Part shown: positions 7,571 to 13,122 of the stretch, one piece after another
Layout: each line of letters starts with the position of its first letter
Position numbering within the stretch: position 1 is the first letter of the stretch
NCBI GenBank assembly: GCA_039208735.1
Contig: JBCCQY010000209.1
Coordinates: forward strand, 1-13,122
Direction of reading: 5' to 3'
DNA length: 13,122 nucleotides
DNA from: Myxococcota bacterium
GTDB taxonomy: Bacteria; Myxococcota_A; UBA796; GCA-2862545
Program-made: the position numbers and the translations under genes
The notes under the pieces: model-generated
The model's input: only the letters and a program-made list of their open reading frames with translations
The model's database searches: none
Told to the model about the DNA's origin: nothing

Positions 7571-7852
7571 TCAGTTGAATCCGGGCAGATTGTCGAGGAA
7601 ATCGAGGCCGTTTTCCTTGTCGCCGATCGACTCCCCAGATTCGAGCTTCTGCCCAAGCAGATAGCCGTCGTAAGCGAAAATCAAGGCAGGAATGGGTCCC
7701 AAGCAACAGCCAAGCAGCACCGTGTAGACCAAGGCGGCAACGCCCTTCTGCGACTGCCCCATGAGGAAGTACCCCAACGAGCCAAACACGAACAAATTCG
7801 CGATTCCGAGGAGAATCGGGTTCGCGTCTGGCTTCCGGATCATTTCACCCAT
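7571..7852 (-). CDS. Small membrane protein, TM2-domain-like, 93 aa
   Basis: NPILLGIANLFVFGSLGYFLMGQSQKGVAALVY resembles the TM2 pattern (GxGxFYLGQxxKG); hydrophobic helices, acidic tail; SD-like AGGGGA upstream; fills the gap without overlap. Confidence 0.75.
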   Translation of the reverse strand: MGEMIRKPDANPILLGIANLFVFGSLGYFLMGQSQKGVAALVYTVLLGCCLGPIPALIFAYDGYLLGQKLESGESIGDKENGLDFLDNLPGFN

Positions 7853-7890
7853 GGATGTTGTCCCCTGGCCACCGCCGACGAGTCATCCGG

Positions 7891-7919
7891 AGGGTACGGC
7901 GCTCCCTGCTCTGCGGCAA
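7891..7919 (-). promoter_or_regulatory. Putative internal sigma70-type promoter upstream of the TM2-like and PP2C genes
   Basis: TTGCCG (7919-7914) - 17 nt - TACCCT (7896-7891) in the 91-nt intergenic gap; same -10 hexamer as at 5352-5347. Confidence 0.5.
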
Positions 7920-7943
7920 GGCACGAATCGGTCCTCTGAGGTG

Positions 7944-8675
7944 TCAGATGGGGAACTGGAGTCGCAAGGGGAGATAGGGGACGACGACTTCTTCATCGCC
8001 CTCGGGCACCCAGATGTTGATGATGCCTGGGGCGTCGAAGGAGTCGGGCGCCCATTCGAAGACGACGTCCAGTAGGGCTGGCCCAGGTTCCAAACCAAAG
8101 ATGGCAAACCGCCCGGTCGCTCCCGTACGATCCGCCTTGGGGTCATACGTGCCCTTGTCGGGGTCCAGGTAGCAAGGCAGGAACGTTTCTCCATCCTTCA
8201 GGACTTGGGCACGACCTCCGCCGGCGATAGGCGAAAACCCATCTTCTTTCCCCGACAAGTTGACGAACTCCATGATTCCGAATGCGAAGATACGGGAATC
8301 GACGTCGGGACATCCTGCAAAGTCCGAGCGCCACTGCTCGATGACCATGGGATCGAGCCCGTAGAGGGTGCCTTCATCGAGCGTCACATCGACGAAGCCT
8401 GCCGTACCCACGAAGGCGGTCGTGACGGTATTGGGGCTCCGCACCAGCGCCACGATGGAGCGTGCACCTGGCAACTCGATTTCAAACTCGCCATCGGCCC
8501 CAACCGCGGCCGTCGCGAGCGACTGCCCAGAGTCGTAGTCGAGAATCTCGATTTCACCGTCGACCAGTCCGGGGTTCTCGGGAAGGGGGCCGTTCGTGAT
8601 CCGGCCGTTGAGGGAGACGAGGTCGTCGGTACACGCGGTGGCGAGCACGACGAGGAATGCACGGGCGAGCAACAT
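7944..8675 (-). CDS. Hypothetical lipoprotein, probably two beta-sandwich (carboxypeptidase-regulatory-like) modules, 243 aa
   Basis: Signal peptide with lipobox-like LATAC (Cys15); two segments resembling the 'T-xxxG-x-F-x-I' pattern (AAVGADGEFEIELP; RTGATGRFAIFGLEPG); acidic composition; co-oriented with its neighbours. Confidence 0.75.
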   Translation of the reverse strand: MLLARAFLVVLATACTDDLVSLNGRITNGPLPENPGLVDGEIEILDYDSGQSLATAAVGADGEFEIELPGARSIVALVRSPNTVTTAFVGTAGFVDVTLDEGTLYGLDPMVIEQWRSDFAGCPDVDSRIFAFGIMEFVNLSGKEDGFSPIAGGGRAQVLKDGETFLPCYLDPDKGTYDPKADRTGATGRFAIFGLEPGPALLDVVFEWAPDSFDAPGIINIWVPEGDEEVVVPYLPLRLQFPI

Positions 8676-8700
8676 GAGGAATCCAGGGCCTGCGGTGACT

Positions 8701-9420
8701 CTACCTATCGTCAGCCCCGACCGTCTTCAGAAAGCTGCGACTCTCGAGGCGACGCATCAGATGGTGCTCGATCGCATCCGCGAGCAAACCCCCAGGAAGA
8801 TCCGGCGCGGGTCGTCCCACCGTCTCGACGAGGGGCGTGCGACGGAGGGCTTCCAACTCGGCCAGCGCCCGCGCGGAAACCCTGCGACCACCCCCACAGC
8901 GTCCATGGAGCGCTCCGCCGGAGGCCATGGCGAACACCGCGGGATCATCGATGGCCTCTCCGCACTCCGAACACCGGACAAGTCCCGGAGACAGCCCCGC
9001 GAACGTCAATGCCTTGGCCTCAAGCGCCCAACGACTCGCTGCACTGGGCGCGGTGGTTTCAAGCAAACCGAGCCAGGTTTGCAACAGTCGGTAGAGCTTC
9101 GTCGCCTCCGAAGACTCCGGCGCGAGTTCGCCACACACTTCGCATCCGTAGAACAGCCACGGGAGCCGGTCCCAGGCCTGTCGAGCTTGGTCAGGACCGC
9201 GAATGCGTTCCGCTTCGCCCAAGACGGGTAGCGTTCCTCGGCCTCGGGCAAACCCAATCGACAACTCGTTTCCCAGATCAAGAAGGCCCGCGTACCGTTT
9301 CTTGGACGCTCTCGCGCGTCGAGCCAGCACGCGAAGTCGCCCCTGATCTGGCGTGAGCAGGCTCATGATGCGGTCCGACTCTCCAAAGTCGAACCCTCCG
9401 ATCACGATGGCACTCGTCAC
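8701..9420 (-). CDS. recO: DNA repair protein RecO
   Basis: N-terminal OB fold AIVIGGFDFGESDRIMSLLTPDQGRLRVLARRARASKKRY; helical core; Zn-finger-like CSECG...GGALHGRC; C-terminal LESRSFL. GTG overlaps the mgtE stop. Confidence 0.93.
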   Translation of the reverse strand: MTSAIVIGGFDFGESDRIMSLLTPDQGRLRVLARRARASKKRYAGLLDLGNELSIGFARGRGTLPVLGEAERIRGPDQARQAWDRLPWLFYGCEVCGELAPESSEATKLYRLLQTWLGLLETTAPSAASRWALEAKALTFAGLSPGLVRCSECGEAIDDPAVFAMASGGALHGRCGGGRRVSARALAELEALRRTPLVETVGRPAPDLPGGLLADAIEHHLMRRLESRSFLKTVGADDR

Positions 9421-10769
9421 AGCTGCAGCAAGGCCCGGGCAACGTTGAAGTAGATGACGATGCCCAACAGGTCGACCAGCGTGGTCACGAATGGACCCGT
9501 CGCCACTGCGGGATCCGCCCCCAGCCGCTGCAAACCCACCGGAAGAAGGGCTCCAATGCCTCCGGCCGACAAAATTGCGAGCAGGATGCTGATGCTAAGG
9601 CTTGCCCCAACCATGGGGGTGCTAGGGAAGCGCGCGACCCCATACACGCCGAGGAGCACGGCATAGAACGCCCCGAGGAGCACCCCGACCCTGACCTCTT
9701 GCCACAGGAAGCTTCCCACACCGCTGAGCTGCACCTCACCCGTGGCCAACCCGCGGACCGCCAACGTGGCCGACTGAATACCCACGTTGCCTCCCATGCC
9801 CATCACGACGGGGATGAAGCCCGCCAGCACGGCCATCTTGGTCAGTGACGCTTCGTAAAGGCCAATAATCTCGGCGGCGAGAACGCCACCTGCGATCGTG
9901 GCCAACAGCCACACTGCACGCGTTCCACTCTGCTGCAGCACCGACTGATGCGTCCGAGGCTGCATGCCCGCCATCAGCATCATGTCTTCTTCGGCCTCCT
10001 GCCGGATGACATCGACCACGTCGTCGACGGTTACAAGTCCCAGGATGCGCCTGCTCTTGTCGACCACCGGCACCGCGAGGAAGTCGTAGCGAGCCACGAT
10101 GCGAGCCACCTCCTCTTGGTCTTGCGCAGGTCCCACCGTGATCGGGTCGGTCACCATGAAGGTCTTGATGGGGGTTCGCGAAGGGTGGGTGAGCAAGGAC
10201 CGAAGGCTCGTCACGCCAAGCAAGTGGTTCGTCGAATCAACGACATAGACGTACTGGACGGTCTCGAGGTTCTCGTGCTGGGCCTGCACGGCCGCGATCG
10301 CTTCGGCTACCGTGGTGTTCTTGTGGACCGTGAAGACGTTCGGGCTCATGATACCGCCCGCCGTGTCAGGCGGGAAGGCCAACAAGCGCCGCACTTCGTC
10401 GCCCGCCTCGTCCGCGGGAAGTTCCGACAGCACCCGTAGGCGGAGGTCGTCGTCGAGCGCGCTCACGGTGTCGGTGGCGTCATCGGGCTCCATGTTCGTG
10501 AGCAGTTCGACCACCGCCTCTTCGCTTAGGTCCTTCGTGACCTCTCGGGTCGACCCATCGGAAAGGTAGGCGAGGACTTCGGCGGCGTAGGTCGGGTCCT
10601 GGATGTGACGGTAGAGCCTCCGCTGCTCGGCAAACGTCAGATGCTCCATCGCAGCTGCCACATCGGCCGCCGGAAAGTTGCGAATCAGCTTGCGAACGGC
10701 AGGCCCTGCGTCTCGACGCACGAGCCGCCGCAGCAGCGCTTCGGTACGTTGATTGAGCTCGGTGGTCAT
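9417..10769 (-). CDS. mgtE: Magnesium transporter MgtE
   Basis: MgtE_N (AADVA, MEPDDATD), tandem CBS (TAGGIM, YVYVVD, YDFLAVPVVD, GLVTVDDVVD), TM domain with FIPVVMGMGGNVGIQS and DPAVATGPFVTTLVD (pore Asp retained). Confidence 0.97.
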   Translation of the reverse strand: MTTELNQRTEALLRRLVRRDAGPAVRKLIRNFPAADVAAAMEHLTFAEQRRLYRHIQDPTYAAEVLAYLSDGSTREVTKDLSEEAVVELLTNMEPDDATDTVSALDDDLRLRVLSELPADEAGDEVRRLLAFPPDTAGGIMSPNVFTVHKNTTVAEAIAAVQAQHENLETVQYVYVVDSTNHLLGVTSLRSLLTHPSRTPIKTFMVTDPITVGPAQDQEEVARIVARYDFLAVPVVDKSRRILGLVTVDDVVDVIRQEAEEDMMLMAGMQPRTHQSVLQQSGTRAVWLLATIAGGVLAAEIIGLYEASLTKMAVLAGFIPVVMGMGGNVGIQSATLAVRGLATGEVQLSGVGSFLWQEVRVGVLLGAFYAVLLGVYGVARFPSTPMVGASLSISILLAILSAGGIGALLPVGLQRLGADPAVATGPFVTTLVDLLGIVIYFNVARALLQL

Positions 10770-11185
10770 CGCAGTCCCTCTGCATCGTCCACGAACACGA
10801 GCCGGCGGGGCTCATCCTGGCGCCCCAACGGAACGACGCGCTGGCCATTCCATTCGATGCGCAGGGCCTCGGGAGCGGCTCCCTCGACAATAAGGGAGCG
10901 AACTCCCTTCCATTCGAGCTGCTCGCCGGGTTCGACGCGTCGGTCAACGACCACCGCGCCGTCTGCCGTGACTCGCAGCACCGTGTTTCGTCGTACCTCG
11001 ACCGCGAGGAATTGACCGCTCGGAGTTGCAGGAGTGGCCACCGACCCACCTTGATCGGCCGCCGGGGTCATCCATTGACTCACATACACCAGGGCAGCCA
11101 GGCCCCAAACGACGACACTTACGAATCCGACGCCACGCATGAGCGACAGTGACCCGCCTCGGGGCGTCTGGCCGCTCACCGTCAC
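10766..11185 (-). CDS. Single-pass membrane protein with RodZ C-terminal-like (DUF4115) domain, no HTH
   Basis: TM GVGFVSVVVWGLAALVYV, Pro/Ala/Thr linker, then LAVEVRRNTVLRVTADG...VEPGEQLEW...LRIEWNGQRVVPLG matching my recollection of the DUF4115 pattern; 4-nt overlaps with both neighbours; alternative start ATG 11140. Confidence 0.75.
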   Translation of the reverse strand: MTVSGQTPRGGSLSLMRGVGFVSVVVWGLAALVYVSQWMTPAADQGGSVATPATPSGQFLAVEVRRNTVLRVTADGAVVVDRRVEPGEQLEWKGVRSLIVEGAAPEALRIEWNGQRVVPLGRQDEPRRLVFVDDAEGLR

Positions 11186-12045
11186 TCCAGGTAGGGCGCG
11201 AGGATCGGCCCCAAGCGAGCCCGAGCCGCTTCGTCGATCGCGTCGATCGGGGTGAGCAAAGCCGTCTGCAATGCTCGATGGTGCGGTGCAGGGCCTTCGT
11301 GGGCTGCGATCCGCCCAACCACGTCGGCCACAACCTTGCGACCCTTCTCCACGTTGGCGGTCAGCACCGCGATGACCTGTTCGACGGTGACCGCGTCATG
11401 GCCGGTATGCCAACAGTCATAGTCGGTGGCGAAGGCCAGCGTCGCGTACGACATGGAGGCTTCCCGCGCAAGCTTTGCCTCGGGGAGCGCGGTCATGCCG
11501 ATGACGTGGGCTCCCCAGGCGCGATACAGCTCCGATTCGGCACGGGTCGAAAAGGCAGGACCTTCCATGCAGACGTAGGTGCCCGTTTCATGCATCTCGA
11601 CGTCCACCGCCCGACAGGCCTCGGCAAGGTAGCGGTTGAGCGTGGTGCACGTGGGGTCGCCAAAACCGATGTGCGCAATGACCCCATCCCCGAAGAACGT
11701 CGAAGGGCGCGCTTTCGTACGGTCGATGTACTGGTCCACGATGACGGCGTGGCCGGGTACGATCGCCTCACGCAGCGAGCCTACCGCGCTGACCGAAATG
11801 ACCCAGGACACGCCAGCCTGTTTGAGCGCATGGATGTTCGCTCGAAAGGGAATGTCGCCCGGCAGAATCTTGTGACCCTTCCCGTGGCGTGGCAGGAACA
11901 CGAGGTTGGCATCGCCCAACTTGCCGTGCATCAGCGCATCGCTCGGGGGGCCGTAGGGCGTGTCGTAGCGCACTTCGCGGACATCGGTGAGCCCGTCGAG
12001 GTCGTAGAGCCCCGACCCCCCGATGATTCCGATCGCGCCGTCCAT
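11182..12045 (-). CDS. mtnP: S-methyl-5'-thioadenosine phosphorylase, 287 aa
   Basis: IGIIGGSGLY, TPYGPPS, FLPRHG, ANIHALK, SAVGSL, DQYIDRT, EGPAFSTRAES, GMTALPEAKLAREA, TDYDCW (6-aminopurine-specific DxD). Start ATG 12045 after AGGAGGTG. Confidence 0.96.
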   Translation of the reverse strand: MDGAIGIIGGSGLYDLDGLTDVREVRYDTPYGPPSDALMHGKLGDANLVFLPRHGKGHKILPGDIPFRANIHALKQAGVSWVISVSAVGSLREAIVPGHAVIVDQYIDRTKARPSTFFGDGVIAHIGFGDPTCTTLNRYLAEACRAVDVEMHETGTYVCMEGPAFSTRAESELYRAWGAHVIGMTALPEAKLAREASMSYATLAFATDYDCWHTGHDAVTVEQVIAVLTANVEKGRKVVADVVGRIAAHEGPAPHHRALQTALLTPIDAIDEAARARLGPILAPYLE

Positions 12046-12094
12046 GCTCACCTCCTGCGCCCGGGGCGTAACCCGAAGGATGGAGCGGGGGTGC

Positions 12095-13122
12095 TCAGGC
12101 GGCGGTCTTGCCAAGTTGGCCGCAAGCGGCCGAAATATCAATGCCCCGAGTCGTGCGGATCGAACAGCTCGTCCCATGCATCACAAGGTGATGCTGAAAC
12201 GCCTTGACCACCTCGTCCGAAGGACGCTTGAGCTGTGGACGGCCCGGGTTTTCATTGTACGGAATCAGGTTGACCTTGGCCGGAATCCCTTCCAACAGAA
12301 GGCGCAGTCGTTCAGCATCTTCGAGGGTGTCATTTTCGCCGGCAAACATCACGTACTCGAAGGTGATGCGCTTACCGCGCGGTAGCTTCACGGTGCGGCA
12401 CTGGTCGAGCAGCTGTTGCATCGAGTATTTGCGGGTCACCGGCATGATCTGCCGCCGATGAGCCTCGGTGGTCGCATTCAATGAAATCGCGAGGTTCACG
12501 GGCAACGCATTGGCGAGTTCCGCGATCTTGGGTACGAGCCCTACCGTCGACACGGTAACGCGACGATGCGAGTAGTTCAGCGCGTGCTCATCGAGGCAAA
12601 TCTGCAAGGCGGGCACGAGCGCAGGCAGGTTGTGGAGGGGCTCTCCCATTCCCATCAGCACGAGGTTCGTGATGCGCATGGAATCACCAAGGTAGCGCTG
12701 CACTTGGTAAGGCTGGCCGACAATCTCGGCTGTCGTGAGGTGGCGGATCAATCCCATGTCGCCCGTGAGGCAGAACGTGCACGCCATGGCGCACCCCACC
12801 TGGCTCGAAATGCACAGCGTGACTCGATGACCGTCCGGAATCAGTACGCTTTCGATGGTGCGACCCTCCTCGAGGCCCCACAGGAACTTGATGGTTCCAT
12901 CCTTCGAATGTAGCGTACGCGCCAACGGCAGCTCATCGAGCGTGGCATGCTCGGCCAGGGTGTCCCGAAACGACTTGCGCAGCGTGGGCATGTGATCGAA
13001 AGAGGTCGCACCACGCTGCCAAATCTCCTTGAAGAGGCGCAGTGCTACGGCCTCATCTTCACCGAGCACATCCCGCACGAACCCCGCCAGGGCGGTGCGG
13101 TTGAGACCACGAAGGTTGGTAC
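12095..13122 (-). CDS. rlmN: 23S rRNA m2A2503 / tRNA m2A37 radical-SAM methyltransferase RlmN; 5' end outside the window
   Basis: IESVLIP, TLCISSQVGCAMACTFC (resolving Cys plus CxxxCxxC), MGMGEP, VTVSTVG, KVNLIPYN, DISAACGQL. The frame stays open upstream of 13078 to the window edge (TNLRGLNRTALAGFVRDVLGE). Confidence 0.97.
   Translation of the reverse strand, partial: TNLRGLNRTALAGFVRDVLGEDEAVALRLFKEIWQRGATSFDHMPTLRKSFRDTLAEHATLDELPLARTLHSKDGTIKFLWGLEEGRTIESVLIPDGHRVTLCISSQVGCAMACTFCLTGDMGLIRHLTTAEIVGQPYQVQRYLGDSMRITNLVLMGMGEPLHNLPALVPALQICLDEHALNYSHRRVTVSTVGLVPKIAELANALPVNLAISLNATTEAHRRQIMPVTRKYSMQQLLDQCRTVKLPRGKRITFEYVMFAGENDTLEDAERLRLLLEGIPAKVNLIPYNENPGRPQLKRPSDEVVKAFQHHLVMHGTSCSIRTTRGIDISAACGQLGKTAA

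Noticed and set aside
8205..12207. Long plus-strand ORFs 8205-9356 and 11149-12207
   Set aside because: Antisense to the lipoprotein/recO and mtnP genes; no recognisable domains.
12095..13122. Radical-SAM methyltransferase as Cfr
   Set aside because: MGMGEP and ISAACGQL are RlmN-type, and the context is housekeeping.
1..13122. CRISPR arrays, tRNA/rRNA, IS elements, tandem repeats, defence or prophage genes
   Set aside because: None seen by eye; the window is almost fully coding, the largest gap is 161 nt, and there is no evident compositional shift.

Overview
High-GC bacterial chromosomal region; gene content and order suggest a deltaproteobacterial/Myxococcota-like organism (inference only). 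Eleven of twelve genes are on the minus strand. In transcription order: rlmN (5'-truncated by the window) - mtnP - short RodZ-C-terminal-like (DUF4115) membrane protein lacking the HTH - mgtE - recO - unknown lipoprotein - small TM2-like membrane protein - PP2C phosphatase; then a second, convergent PP2C phosphatase (the only plus-strand gene); then, from a divergent intergenic region, a strongly degenerate EF-G paralog - PhoH/YbeZ ATPase - 7TM-HD (PgpH-like) phosphohydrolase (3'-truncated; absent from the ORF track). No RNA genes, mobile elements, CRISPR arrays or tandem repeats were seen. Mostly housekeeping genes. The most notable items are the full-length EF-G paralog with eroded GTPase and domain IV motifs but intact expression signals, its in-frame hairpin-containing junction to phoH, the tail-to-tail membrane-anchored PP2C pair with no kinase in the window, and the HTH-less RodZ-like protein.
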